From positions 992,001 through 1,056,000 of the forward strand of contig JBGANV010000001.1 in the NCBI GenBank assembly GCA_044222185.1: a stretch of 64,000 bases of DNA, given 5' to 3'. A program made the position numbers and the translations under genes. Numbering within the stretch: the stretch's first letter is position 1; each line of letters opens with the position of its first letter. Shown one piece after another: positions 38,257 through 47,947 of the stretch. The notes under the pieces are model-generated. The model searched no databases. It was not told the origin of the DNA and worked only from the letters and a program-made list of their open reading frames with translations. This DNA is from Planctomycetota bacterium. Its GTDB lineage: Bacteria; Planctomycetota; GCA-002687715; CAIWVZ01.

Positions 38257-40809
38257 TCAGTCGAAGATCGTCGTGTCGAACCCGTTCGTCAGCGTCGTGC
38301 CGACGAGTCCCTGCCAAGACAGCGTGACCCCCGACAACGCTGGAATGTTGGGCACCGTGGCGAGGAAGGCGGCCCTCCGGGTCGAGGGCATGAACCCCGT
38401 GGCGAACACGACCGCCGCGTTCGGATCGAGAAACAGCACGCCGAACGGCGGAAGCGGCGTTCGAGGAGCTCCCGTCGCGGACGCAGCGAGAAGCCAGCTT
38501 GCGCCCACGTCACCGAAGACCGCGAGCGAGGCCAGGCTCCCACGCGTGAGCAGCGTCGATCGTCCCGCATGTCTCGTGAGGTTCGAGTAGATCGCCGGTG
38601 TCGAAGGCGGCCCTGAATCCGGAAGCATCACGTCCGAGTCGCCGTCGCTGTCCAGGTCGCCGACGAACGGCCGCGTCGCCCCGTTGAACACGATCGGCGC
38701 CGCTGGCGGATGGCCGACGAAGACCTGGGCTGCGCCGAATGAACCCGCGCCGTTCCCCTGCGACCACGACCCGGCGCCGTCCACGAGATCCAGAGCCCCG
38801 TCGCCGTCGACGTCCGCAAGCGCAATCGACCCGATCGGCACCGCGTGTGTCCCGCCTGGTGAATACGTCCCCGCTCCTCGCAGCCAGGTCTGCGAACCGA
38901 GGACGAGGTCGACGAGGCCATCGGCGTTCAGGTCTCCGACCGCGACCGTCGTCGCAAGGACGCCCGGAAACGCCGGGGCCGCTGCGAACAGGCCGAACCC
39001 GTTGTTGAGGTAGAGCCGCGGCGGTCCGCCGCCGCCGGCGAGGGCGCGCGTCGCCGCCAGGATGTCCACGTCCCCGTCCGGCTCGGCGTCGAACGCAACG
39101 AGCTCGGAGATGAACTCGGGCACACCGAACGCGACGACCGGGCCATACGTCCACGTCGACCCCGTGAAGTTGGCGCGGATGGTGACGGGAGAGCTGAAGA
39201 TCGCCGGGAACGGGGAAATGGGGGCGCGAGCTTCGACGACGTCCAGATCGAGGTCGCCGTCGATGTCGCAGAGAACCGCGGCCGTGGCGGGTGCCGTCGA
39301 CGTCACGGACGCGCCCTGCGTGAACACTCCCGCGCCATCGTTGATGAGGGTCACGTCAGTGCTCGCGAGCGTGGACAGGGAAGCGACCCAGAGGTCCGAA
39401 TCTCCGTCCAGGTCCAGGTCGCCCCACACCGGAAGGCCTGTCGAGAGACTTGCGAATGTCCCCGCGGCGACCGGCGGCGCCAGGAATCCTCCCCGTCCGT
39501 CGTTTCTGCGACTCGCAAGACTGATCAGGCCTCCGGCGGGCGTGAAGGAAAGGAGATCGACGTCTCCGTCACCGTCCACGTCCTGGGGTGTCACCGAGGG
39601 TGAAGGAAGGCCGTACGCGAGCGACTGCGGGACGAATGCGAATCCGGCCGTTCCACGGTTGACGATGAGCGTCGGGACGTTGCGGCCCGGCGCGAGGGCG
39701 ACGTCCACGTCCCCGTCGCCGTCGAAGTCGGCCGCCGCCATCCCAGGGAACGGCGCCGGGTTGCCGTAGCCGAAACTGATCGCGGCGAGCGAGGTCGCAG
39801 GCGCGAGGCCAGACGGGACTCCGCGCTGGAGCACCAGACTGCCGTCCGTACCACCGGAAACACCGACGACGCTCCGCACCAGGTCGGCGCGTGCGTCGCC
39901 GTCGAGATCTGCGGCGATCGCCGGCGCGCCCAGGATCCCGGACGGGAACGTAGCTCCCGGAAGCAGTCCGCCCGCCGAGCCCCGATGCAAGATCGAGAGC
40001 CCGCCGACATCGGTCACGAACACGTCGGACTTTCCGTCCCCATCGAAGTCTCCGACGACGCCGGAATCTGCAGTCACGGATGCGACCGACTGCGTGGGCC
40101 CGAAGACCCCGCCGCCCAGGTTCATCCGAACGAGTGCGATCCCGCCGGGCGCGCTTCCCACGGCGTCCGTCAGGCCGTCGCCGTTGAAGTCCCCCGCGCC
40201 GATCCAGGACAGGGACGTGGACATCGTGCTCCATTGCGTCGTCGAGGCGAGCGCGAACGAGCCGGTGCCATCGTTCGTGAGGAGTTGCCAGACGGCCGAT
40301 GCGACGGCGCTCGTGTCGGCCACCAGAACGTCCGGGTCGCCGTCCTGGTCGAAATCGGCGACGGCCAGCTCGTTGCGCGACGCGATCCCCGCAACCGCGG
40401 TGAACGCCGTCGCCGCGACGAGGAACGTCGAGCCGCCGGCCGGAGGCGCGAGATGGAGGGCCCCACCGGCGGGCGCCCCACCCGCTCGCCCGATGAGCAC
40501 GTCGACGCGACCGTCACCGTTGAAGTCGGCCAGCGCGACGGCGCGAATGTTGACGGCCGGCGAGAAGCTCGACGGCATTCGGGGGCCGGCCGTGAAGTGG
40601 CCTCCCTCGTTCAGGTACACCCCCGTCGTCGAGAAGAGGTCCACGTCGCCATCGCCCTCGAAATCGGCGGAGCCCATCACGGCGCCGACGCCGCTCGGGA
40701 TCGGATCGCCGACCTCGGCGAGGCGCGGCGCCTGCCCCCAGCCGGCCCCGCAAAACGCGATGGACGCGACGAGCGCGAGCGCGGAATGCGAGGAGAGTCG
40801 ATGGTCCAT
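38257..40809 (-). CDS. Secreted FG-GAP/VCBS repeat beta-propeller protein with C-terminal domain
   Basis: Signal peptide and more than ten DxDGDGDxD-type repeats. Confidence 0.87.
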   Translation of the reverse strand: MDHRLSSHSALALVASIAFCGAGWGQAPRLAEVGDPIPSGVGAVMGSADFEGDGDVDLFSTTGVYLNEGGHFTAGPRMPSSFSPAVNIRAVALADFNGDGRVDVLIGRAGGAPAGGALHLAPPAGGSTFLVAATAFTAVAGIASRNELAVADFDQDGDPDVLVADTSAVASAVWQLLTNDGTGSFALASTTQWSTMSTSLSWIGAGDFNGDGLTDAVGSAPGGIALVRMNLGGGVFGPTQSVASVTADSGVVGDFDGDGKSDVFVTDVGGLSILHRGSAGGLLPGATFPSGILGAPAIAADLDGDARADLVRSVVGVSGGTDGSLVLQRGVPSGLAPATSLAAISFGYGNPAPFPGMAAADFDGDGDVDVALAPGRNVPTLIVNRGTAGFAFVPQSLAYGLPSPSVTPQDVDGDGDVDLLSFTPAGGLISLASRRNDGRGGFLAPPVAAGTFASLSTGLPVWGDLDLDGDSDLWVASLSTLASTDVTLINDGAGVFTQGASVTSTAPATAAVLCDIDGDLDLDVVEARAPISPFPAIFSSPVTIRANFTGSTWTYGPVVAFGVPEFISELVAFDAEPDGDVDILAATRALAGGGGPPRLYLNNGFGLFAAAPAFPGVLATTVAVGDLNADGLVDLVLGSQTWLRGAGTYSPGGTHAVPIGSIALADVDGDGALDLVDGAGSWSQGNGAGSFGAAQVFVGHPPAAPIVFNGATRPFVGDLDSDGDSDVMLPDSGPPSTPAIYSNLTRHAGRSTLLTRGSLASLAVFGDVGASWLLAASATGAPRTPLPPFGVLFLDPNAAVVFATGFMPSTRRAAFLATVPNIPALSGVTLSWQGLVGTTLTNGFDTTIFD

Positions 40810-41150
40810 GGCCCGGGGATCATACTCCTGGGGTGGTTCGGAGTGCGGCCCGTCATCCGCGCTCACACGGATCCAGGTTGGCGGACTCCCTGCACCTGAG
40901 CGAAGGACGCCTGGCAGGCATGTTCCGCGCGAACCGGTGGCGCCAGAGCGGCGATCCAAAGGGCCGTCGCGCTGCGCCGAAACTGGAGCCGAACGACCCG
41001 TCCAGGGCGCCACCCAACTCCGCGACCTCGCGTGCTTGCGCCGTGACCGCGTGGCGTCTCTAATACCGCCACGAGTCGCCGGAAACGCGGTTTCAGTCCA
41101 CGAGGACGCGCCCCGACGCCCCGGCCGGCGGATCTCGACGGGAGCCATCC

Positions 41151-42164
41151 ATGAATCGTGCCTTTGCGGTCGTCTGCGTTCTCTTCGTTGCAGGATTCGC
41201 GTCCAGCGGAACGGTCGCCCAGGACTCGAAACCGGCGGCGAAGCCAAAGCCCAAGGTCTACGACGAGAAGGCCGACGCGAAGGTCGACATCGCGGCCGCG
41301 GTCACCCGCGCAGCCGCCGACAACAAGCGCGTCCTCGTCGTATTCGGTGCCAACTGGTGCGGCTGGTGCGTGCTTCTCTCCGACATGTTCAAGTCGAATC
41401 CGGACATCGCGAAGACGCTCAACTACGAGTACGAAGTCGTGAAGGTCGACGTGGGTCAGTTCGACAAGTTCACGGACATCACGACGGCGTACGGATGTGA
41501 GTTGAAGCAGCACGGGATTCCGTACCTCACGGTGCTCGACGCCGCCGGCAAGGTGCTCACGAACCAGGACACAGGCTCACTGGAAGCCGGCCCGAAACAT
41601 GACCCCGCGAAGGTGGTGGCGTTCCTCGACAAGTGGAAGGCCCCGCCGCTCGATGCCGAGGAGGTGCTCAAGGCCGCCCTGGCGCGCGCAGCGAAGGAGA
41701 AGAAGAAGGTCATGCTCCACTTCGGAGCGCCCTGGTGCGGCTGGTGTCATCGCTTCGAGGAGTTCTTCGCCCGCCCCGAGCCGGCCGCGATCATGGCGAC
41801 GGACTTCCTGATGGTGAAGGTCGACGAGGACCGCATGACTCACGGGAAGGACGTCGAGATGCGCTTCCGGAAGGGTCGCGGCGGAATCCCATGGACGGTC
41901 GTCCTCAGTGAGACATCCGAGATTCTTGGTGTGTCCGAGGACGCGACGGGCAAGAACATCGGTCACCCCTGGGAACCGGCCGAGGTCGACGTGTTCATCG
42001 CGCTCCTGAAGAAGAACGCCCAGGCGACGACGGCGGATCAGATCGAGAGGCTGAAGACCTTGCTTCTCGCACAACGCGCGGAGGCGACCCCCCCCCCCCC
42101 GACGCTCACGACCGATCCAAATGGAGGCGGCGGGAATCGAACCCGCGTCCCGAGATGGTCTTGA
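41151..42164 (+). CDS. Exported tandem thioredoxin-fold protein (two WCGWC sites)
   Basis: Signal peptide, FGANWCGWC and FGAPWCGWC, cis-Pro motifs GIPY and GIPW. The 3' end runs into ssrA. Confidence 0.85.
   Translation: MNRAFAVVCVLFVAGFASSGTVAQDSKPAAKPKPKVYDEKADAKVDIAAAVTRAAADNKRVLVVFGANWCGWCVLLSDMFKSNPDIAKTLNYEYEVVKVDVGQFDKFTDITTAYGCELKQHGIPYLTVLDAAGKVLTNQDTGSLEAGPKHDPAKVVAFLDKWKAPPLDAEEVLKAALARAAKEKKKVMLHFGAPWCGWCHRFEEFFARPEPAAIMATDFLMVKVDEDRMTHGKDVEMRFRKGRGGIPWTVVLSETSEILGVSEDATGKNIGHPWEPAEVDVFIALLKKNAQATTADQIERLKTLLLAQRAEATPPPPTLTTDPNGGGGNRTRVPRWS
42088..42100 (+). repeat. Poly-C homopolymer (13 C)
   Basis: gaggcga-C13-gacgctc near the end of the thioredoxin ORF. Confidence 0.9.
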
Positions 42165-42473
42165 TGATGCTTCTACGCGCGTAGTCGGCGGTTTGGTGTC
42201 GGCTCTCTAGCTCCCACCGACGGGATCATCGAGCGCCCATCCAGTCCGTTTCTCACTCGCATCGTCACTGACGGGAGTTTGCGAGCCAGCCCGCAGTTGT
42301 TCGTCTCCCCGGACCCGCGGGCGAAGTCCGGCTCGACGGGTCACCTGAAATCAGGCGGCCAGAGCGTAGTTGTTATTCGCAACTATCGTTTTCCACGGTG
42401 TTTTGAGAGGCCTCCGTGGAACCTCTGCGCGCCACACCATCTCGAACCGATCCGGTCGAAACCGATCGCCCCC
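42122..42473 (-). ncRNA. ssrA: tmRNA, tag (A)ANNNYALAA*
   Basis: 5' end GGGGGCGATCGGTTTCGAC, 3' end GGACGCGGGTTCGATTCCCGCCGCCTCCA, tag ORF at 42380-42351, adjacent to smpB. Confidence 0.96.
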
Positions 42474-42524
42474 GAGATTCGAACGTGAGTTTATACGGCG
42501 CCGCGAGCCCGGCGCCAGGGTGGG

Positions 42525-43004
42525 TCAGCGCCGCATGGCGCGCTGGATGTCCCGCTCGGCGTCCCGTTTCTTCATGGACTCGCGCTTGTCGTGGAGCTGT
42601 TTTCCACTGGCGACGGCCAGCGTCACCTTCACCCGGCCGTTCGCATCGAAGTACATCTGCAACGGGATGAGTGTCTTGCCCTTCTGGTCGACCTTGTGCG
42701 CGAGCTTCTCGATCTCGCGGCGGTGCGCCAGAAGCTTGCGGCGCCGCTTGGGTTCGTGGTTCGTCCAGGATGCCGCCGTGTAGAGCGGGATCTCCATGTC
42801 GTTCAGCCAGAGCTCGCCGTGATCGACCGACGCCCAGGCCTCGTCCAGCGACGCGTGGCGCAGCCGCAGGACCTTCACCTCGGTGCCGCGGAGTTCGATC
42901 CCGCAGTCGAGTTTCTCCTCGATCTCGTAGTCGAAGGTCCCGCGCCGGTTCCGGGCGATGACCTTGGACGTGTTCTCATCGGACTTCTTCGCGCCAGACG
43001 ACAT
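42525..43004 (-). CDS. smpB: SsrA-binding protein
   Basis: IARNRR..FDYEI, GIELRGTEVK, NHEPKRRRKLLAHRREI, GKQLHDKRE. Confidence 0.96.
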   Translation of the reverse strand: MSSGAKKSDENTSKVIARNRRGTFDYEIEEKLDCGIELRGTEVKVLRLRHASLDEAWASVDHGELWLNDMEIPLYTAASWTNHEPKRRRKLLAHRREIEKLAHKVDQKGKTLIPLQMYFDANGRVKVTLAVASGKQLHDKRESMKKRDAERDIQRAMRR

Positions 43005-43051
43005 CGGTCCCATCCTACCCGCCGTTCCCTCGCCGCCCGGCCCGACCGGCG

Positions 43052-43080
43052 TTGAAAGTCCCCTGGGACCCCTCCATAAT
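43052..43080 (+). promoter_or_regulatory. Sigma70-type promoter for tRNA-Leu (TTGAAA-N17-CATAAT)
   Basis: Hexamers at 43052-57 and 43075-80, followed by a GC-rich discriminator and the tRNA. Confidence 0.65.
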
Positions 43081-43091
43081 GCGCGCCCACT

Positions 43092-43178
43092 GCCGCGGTG
43101 GCGAAATTGGCAGACGCGCAAGGTTCAGGTCCTTGTGCCCGATTAAAGGGCTTGGGGGTTCAAGTCCCCCCCGCGGCA
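43092..43178 (+). tRNA. tRNA-Leu(CAG), CCA not encoded
   Basis: Acceptor stem GCCGCGG/CCGCGGC, anticodon arm CAAGG-TTCAGGT-CCTTG, long variable arm, T-arm GGGGG-TTCAAGT-CCCCC. Followed by TCA. Confidence 0.95.
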
Positions 43179-43189
43179 TCACCGGCTCC

Positions 43190-43516
43190 TCAGGCGGAGC
43201 CGGACTTGCTCTTCAGGCGCTTGTCGGTCGGATCGATCCGACAGTCTCCGCGGACGTTCGCCTGACACGCGAGTCGCATTCCCTCGGCCGCCGCCGGCGC
43301 CCGCTGTTTCTCGAGCGGGGTCGGCGGGGACAACGACGACGCACCTTCCAGCACCCTCACGGCGCACGTCCCACACTCGCCCTTCCCGCCGCAGTTGAAC
43401 ATGCCGCGAACGCCGTCGTAGAGGCGGGCGCCCTCGCGAAGCATGGCCTCGCGCAGATTTGCGTTGTCGGGGACGACGAGCGTCCGACCGGTGGATTCGA
43501 TCTTCACGATGGGCAC
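43190..43516 (-). CDS. [2Fe-2S] ferredoxin
   Basis: CGGKGECGTC...RLACQ. Start overlaps the end of mnmG. Confidence 0.88.
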   Translation of the reverse strand: MPIVKIESTGRTLVVPDNANLREAMLREGARLYDGVRGMFNCGGKGECGTCAVRVLEGASSLSPPTPLEKQRAPAAAEGMRLACQANVRGDCRIDPTDKRLKSKSGSA

Positions 43517-45372
43517 GACGGCTCCTCGGTCGCCTCGGAGGCGGCGCGGCTGACTCGCTTCATGTGGATCATGAGAAGGTTGATGTCGGCGGGCGAGATT
43601 CCCGAGATGCGACCCGCCTGACCGATGGTCGTCGGTCGCACGCGGCTGAACTTCTGCCGGGCCTCGGCACGCAGCTGAGGCACGGTCGCGTAATCGAGCG
43701 TTGCCGGAATGGCGTGGGTCTCGGCCTCCCGAAGCTTCTCCACCGCGTCGCGCTCGCGCTCGATGTAGCCCGCGTAGCGACCCTCGATCTCCAACTCCTC
43801 CCGATCGGCCGTCGTGAGTCCGTCCGCGAGCCCGGCTCCCCCGTCTCGAAGCACCTCGTCCAGAGTGACGCTCTGAATGCGCAAGCGCTCGAAGAGCGAC
43901 CGTCCGTCCATGCGCGTGGTCTCGAGGGCCGTGCGCACCCGACCAAGCCGTTCGCTGCGCGCCCGGGTCAGCTCGAGCTGCGAGTTGGAGAGGATGCCGA
44001 TCCGTTCGGCATGGGGCAGGAGGCGTACGTCCGCGGACTGGTGGCGCAACAGCAGCCGATGTTCCGCGAGCGACGTGAACATGCGGTACGGCTCCTCGAC
44101 GCCGCGGGTGACGAGGTCGTCCACCAACACTCCGAGATAGGCCTCGCCTCGCGAGAGCACGACAGGCTGTCGTCCAAGGAGCGCATGCGCGGCGTTCACG
44201 CCAGCGAGGAACCCCTGCCCCGCGGCCTCCTCGTATCCCGTCGTCCCGTTGATCTGGCCCGCGAGGAAGAGGCCGCGGACCCGGCGCGTCTCCAGCGTGC
44301 GATCACATTCGGTCGGATCGACGTGAACGTACTCCACGGCGTACCCCCACTGCACGATCTCCGCGCGTTCGAGCGCTGGGATCGAGTGGACGAGCGCTTC
44401 CTGGACGTCGCGCGGCAACGACGTGCTGATCCCGTTGGGGTAGACGAGGTCACTGTCGAGTCCCTCCGGTTCGAGGAACACCTGATGCGACGGCTGCTGC
44501 GCGAATCGGAAGATCTTGTCCTCGATGGACGGGCAGTAGCGCGGCCCGGTGCCCGTGATGCGACCCGTGAACAGCGGCGAGCGATCGAGACCGCTGCGGA
44601 TGATGGCGTGCGTCTCGTCCGTCGTGCGCGTGATCGCGCACGCCACTTTCGAAGCCGGGCCCGGCTGTCGTTCGAAGGAGAAGTAGACGGGGTCGGCATC
44701 CGACGGCTGGGCTTCCGTGCGCGCCCAATCGATGGTGTCGGCCCGAAGCCGCGGCGGCGTTCCGGTCTTCAGCCGCGCCACGCGGAACGAGAGCTCGCGC
44801 AACCGATCCGCGAGTCGATGCGACGCGCGCTCGCCGACGCGCCCACCGACGGACGTCTCGAGGCCGACGTGCAGGACGCCGCCGAGGAAGGTCCCCGTCG
44901 TGAGCACGACGGCCCGCGCATCCAAGCGGTTTCCATCGGCCAGCTCCACACCTCGAACCCGGGCGTCCTCGACGATGAGGTCGACGACCTCGGCTTCGAT
45001 CGTCGTGACCCCCGCGCGGGCGACCTCGGCCTGAGCCTCGGCTTCATACAAAGCGCGATCGTTCTGGCACCGCGGCGACTGAACGGCCGGTCCCTTGCTG
45101 CGATTGAGAAGCCGATGGTGGATCGCCGACCGGTCGGCGAGTTTCCCCATGACCCCGCCGAGGGCATCGACCTCCCTCACGATCTGTCCCTTCGCGATCC
45201 CCCCGATGGATGGGTTGCAGGACATCCTGCCCACGGCCCCGCGGTCGAGCGAGAGCAATGCGACCGAGAGCCCCGTTCGCGACGCCGCACAGGCGGCCTC
45301 GACGCCGGCATGCCCTCCGCCCACGACGACCACGTCGAAGGACGGCACGGATCGTTGGACGACGGGATTCAC
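43504..45372 (-). CDS. mnmG: tRNA uridine-5-carboxymethylaminomethyl modification enzyme
   Basis: GGGHAGVEAA, MSCNPSIGG, RLKTGTPPR, GPRYCPSIEDK, AGQINGTTGYEEAAGQG, EPYRMFTS. Confidence 0.95.
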   Translation of the reverse strand: MNPVVQRSVPSFDVVVVGGGHAGVEAACAASRTGLSVALLSLDRGAVGRMSCNPSIGGIAKGQIVREVDALGGVMGKLADRSAIHHRLLNRSKGPAVQSPRCQNDRALYEAEAQAEVARAGVTTIEAEVVDLIVEDARVRGVELADGNRLDARAVVLTTGTFLGGVLHVGLETSVGGRVGERASHRLADRLRELSFRVARLKTGTPPRLRADTIDWARTEAQPSDADPVYFSFERQPGPASKVACAITRTTDETHAIIRSGLDRSPLFTGRITGTGPRYCPSIEDKIFRFAQQPSHQVFLEPEGLDSDLVYPNGISTSLPRDVQEALVHSIPALERAEIVQWGYAVEYVHVDPTECDRTLETRRVRGLFLAGQINGTTGYEEAAGQGFLAGVNAAHALLGRQPVVLSRGEAYLGVLVDDLVTRGVEEPYRMFTSLAEHRLLLRHQSADVRLLPHAERIGILSNSQLELTRARSERLGRVRTALETTRMDGRSLFERLRIQSVTLDEVLRDGGAGLADGLTTADREELEIEGRYAGYIERERDAVEKLREAETHAIPATLDYATVPQLRAEARQKFSRVRPTTIGQAGRISGISPADINLLMIHMKRVSRAASEATEEPSCPS

Positions 45373-45457
45373 GCCGCGGGTTCTACCACAGCGCCGCCGG
45401 GCCCCGGTCTCCTCACGATCGTCCCGGGTCCGCGGTGCGCGTGGTATGACTGGCGCC

Positions 45458-46246
45458 ATGGGCCCCGACCTCTTCCTCGAAATCGCCCGCCTGCGCCGCG
45501 ACCGCATTCCCGCGGCACTCGCCACGATCATCGGAACGAAGGGCTCGACGCCGGCAAAGGTCCCCGCGCGGATGCTGATTTTCCCCGATGGACGGATCCT
45601 CGGGACCATCGGGGGCGGTTGCGTGGAAGCCGAGGTCATCCGTGCGGCGCTGGACGTTCTCGACACGGGACATCCCCGTATCATGCCGTTCCACCTGCAC
45701 GGCGAGGATGCCGAGCGAACGGGCATCGCCTGCGGAGGAACCGTCACCATCATGGTCGAGTCGTTGGACGAACCCCGCGTGATCCTCATCGGTGCCGGCC
45801 ACGTGGCTCAGGCCGTCGCCGGGCTGGCATCGACCGTGGGGTTCCGTGTGACCGTAGTCGATGACCGCCCGGACTTCGCGAACGCCGCCCGGTTCCCAAC
45901 CACCGACGAGGTCGTCGTGTCGGAGCTGACCGAGCTCGGGCGGAACCTCCGCGTCGCACCGAGCTGTTCCGTCATCTGCATGACTCGCGGTCACGCCGAG
46001 GACCTCGTGGCCCTGCGCTGGGCCCTCTCGACCGACGCGCGGTACGTCGGGGTTCTCGGGAGCCGCAGCAAGCGCGTGCAGTTTCGCGAGACGCTCCGCG
46101 CGGAAGGCGTCTCGGACGCAGTGATCCAGGCGATTCACATGCCCGTCGGGCTCGATCTCGGCGCGGAGACGGTGGACGAAATCGCCGTGGCCATCGTCGG
46201 CGAGTTGATCCGTGAACGCCGCAAACGCGGAGCTGCGATTGGCTGA
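45458..46246 (+). CDS. XdhC/CoxI family molybdoenzyme maturation factor
   Basis: GSTP, GTIGGGCVE, CGG, IGAGHVA, DDRPDFA, YVGVLGS, PVGLDLGA...EIAVAI. Confidence 0.88.
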   Translation: MGPDLFLEIARLRRDRIPAALATIIGTKGSTPAKVPARMLIFPDGRILGTIGGGCVEAEVIRAALDVLDTGHPRIMPFHLHGEDAERTGIACGGTVTIMVESLDEPRVILIGAGHVAQAVAGLASTVGFRVTVVDDRPDFANAARFPTTDEVVVSELTELGRNLRVAPSCSVICMTRGHAEDLVALRWALSTDARYVGVLGSRSKRVQFRETLRAEGVSDAVIQAIHMPVGLDLGAETVDEIAVAIVGELIRERRKRGAAIG

Positions 46247-47843
46247 CGCGGACGCGTTCGCGAAGGCGGCAACGACCATCGCGCGAGTCCTCGCGCGATG
46301 GGAATCGCGCACTGGGCCCGAGGAGTTCGCTTCCCTCCTCGTGGCGGCGGCGCAGGCCGAGGTGCCCGAATGCGTCGTCGTCCTCGCGACGCTGCACGGT
46401 GCCGTCGGCCGAGGACCAGCGGTGAGCCCGCGGATCGACGGGCTCCGCCTCGCCGGGCCTCGGCCCTGGAACGAGCGGCACGAGCAGGAGCTGCTCTCCG
46501 CCGGCAGCGTCAGGCTCGAGCCGAAGGATTGGACGAACGACCACTGGCGAAGCTGGTGGACGAAGGTCGGTTCGCCGGCGCGCCTGTTCGCTTTGCGCCG
46601 CGCGTTCGACTGGCCGGCCGTGCTCGTCGTCTCGGTTCCGGATGCCGAGGCGGGATGCGGGTTCCCATTTCCGGAGTTTGCGAAACAGGTCGACGACGTC
46701 CTCGCAGGAACATCCGGCGGTCCAGCGCTCGCCGCACTCGCGGAAACGGAGAAGCTCGCGATGATCGGACGTCTCTTGTCCGGAGTCGTCCACGAGCTGG
46801 GCAGTCCGCTCCAGTCGATCATCAGCCTCGCGGAAGTGCTCGAACGAGCGCCGGACCGGCCCGACCGCGCGAGCCTCGCCAACGCGATCCTTCGGGCCTC
46901 GTTGCGTTGCAAGGACATCGCGTCCGAGATCCTCGGCTTCGCTCGCCGAGAGACGAGCGAGCCGCGCGCTGCGAACGTCGAGGAAGTGCTTCTCGACGTG
47001 CTCGAGCTCGATCGGTTCGCGCCGCCGGGGGACGTGGAATTGCGACTCGACCCCATGACGGCACCGCTCTACGTGGGACTCGAACGGGCCCGTCTCGCGC
47101 AGATCATCCTCAACCTCGTCGCGAACGCGCGCCACGCGCTGGCGTCGACGCACAGGCATGGGCACATCCTCATCCAGGCGACGGCCCACGGAAGCGGCGA
47201 CTCCGGCGTCGTGCGGATCATCGTCGACGACGACGGACCCGGCGTGGCCGGCGCGCTTCGGGACCGGATCTTCGACGCTCTCGTGACGACGAAACCCGCA
47301 GGCGAAGGAACGGGGCTCGGTCTCTACGTGTCGAGGAGGATCGCTCAGGAGGCCGGCGGGCGTCTCTATCTCGACGACAAGCCCGGACCGGGCGCGCGCT
47401 TCGTGCTCGAGCTTCCGTTGACCAACTCACCGGTGACGACGCAGACGGGGGCTCCGCCGCCCTCGAGGCTCGCCCCTCGCCGGGTCCTGGTCGTCGACGA
47501 CGACCAGGAACTCCTGGACACCTACCGGCTCGTCCTCGAGCCCGCCGGCCACGCCGTCGTCTCGGTCGACCGCGCGCGGACGGGCTTGGATTGGATTCGC
47601 CGCAGCGAGTTCGACGTCATCCTCTGCGACGTCCAGCTACCCGACCTCGACGCCGGAACGTTCCTGCGCGAGGCGGAACGGCTGCGCCCCGGCGTGTCGG
47701 CGCGGATCGTCTTCGCGACGGGCGACGTCACCCGCGAATCCACGCGGCGTCTCCTGGAGGCGGTGCCGCAACCGCCTCTCGTGAAACCGTTCCGGATCGA
47801 GGAACTCGAGCGGGCCATCCGGGACGCGGCACCCGGAGGCTGA
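46212..47843 (+). CDS. Hybrid sensor histidine kinase / response regulator
   Basis: H-box VHELGSPL, N-box NLVANA, DDGPG, GTGLGL, and a receiver domain (VVDDD...CDVQLP...KPF). Confidence 0.88.
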   Translation: MNAANAELRLADADAFAKAATTIARVLARWESRTGPEEFASLLVAAAQAEVPECVVVLATLHGAVGRGPAVSPRIDGLRLAGPRPWNERHEQELLSAGSVRLEPKDWTNDHWRSWWTKVGSPARLFALRRAFDWPAVLVVSVPDAEAGCGFPFPEFAKQVDDVLAGTSGGPALAALAETEKLAMIGRLLSGVVHELGSPLQSIISLAEVLERAPDRPDRASLANAILRASLRCKDIASEILGFARRETSEPRAANVEEVLLDVLELDRFAPPGDVELRLDPMTAPLYVGLERARLAQIILNLVANARHALASTHRHGHILIQATAHGSGDSGVVRIIVDDDGPGVAGALRDRIFDALVTTKPAGEGTGLGLYVSRRIAQEAGGRLYLDDKPGPGARFVLELPLTNSPVTTQTGAPPPSRLAPRRVLVVDDDQELLDTYRLVLEPAGHAVVSVDRARTGLDWIRRSEFDVILCDVQLPDLDAGTFLREAERLRPGVSARIVFATGDVTRESTRRLLEAVPQPPLVKPFRIEELERAIRDAAPGG

Positions 47844-47947
47844 CGCCGCGCCAGCCCGCGAAGCTTCCCAGGCGGAAACCTTCGCGCCCCGCTCCGGGGG
47901 CCCGGGCCTTCCCGCGTTCGGCGCGCGGTTGCTAACCTGCCGCCACC

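Noticed and set aside
38257-40809. Periodic gacggcgac-like repeats as a CRISPR array or DNA repeat element
   Set aside because: They are degenerate codons for FG-GAP DxDGDG motifs, with no identical repeat-spacer structure and no cas genes.
42122-43178. Integrative element at ssrA or tRNA-Leu
   Set aside because: No integrase and no duplicated 3' end (att) were seen in the window.
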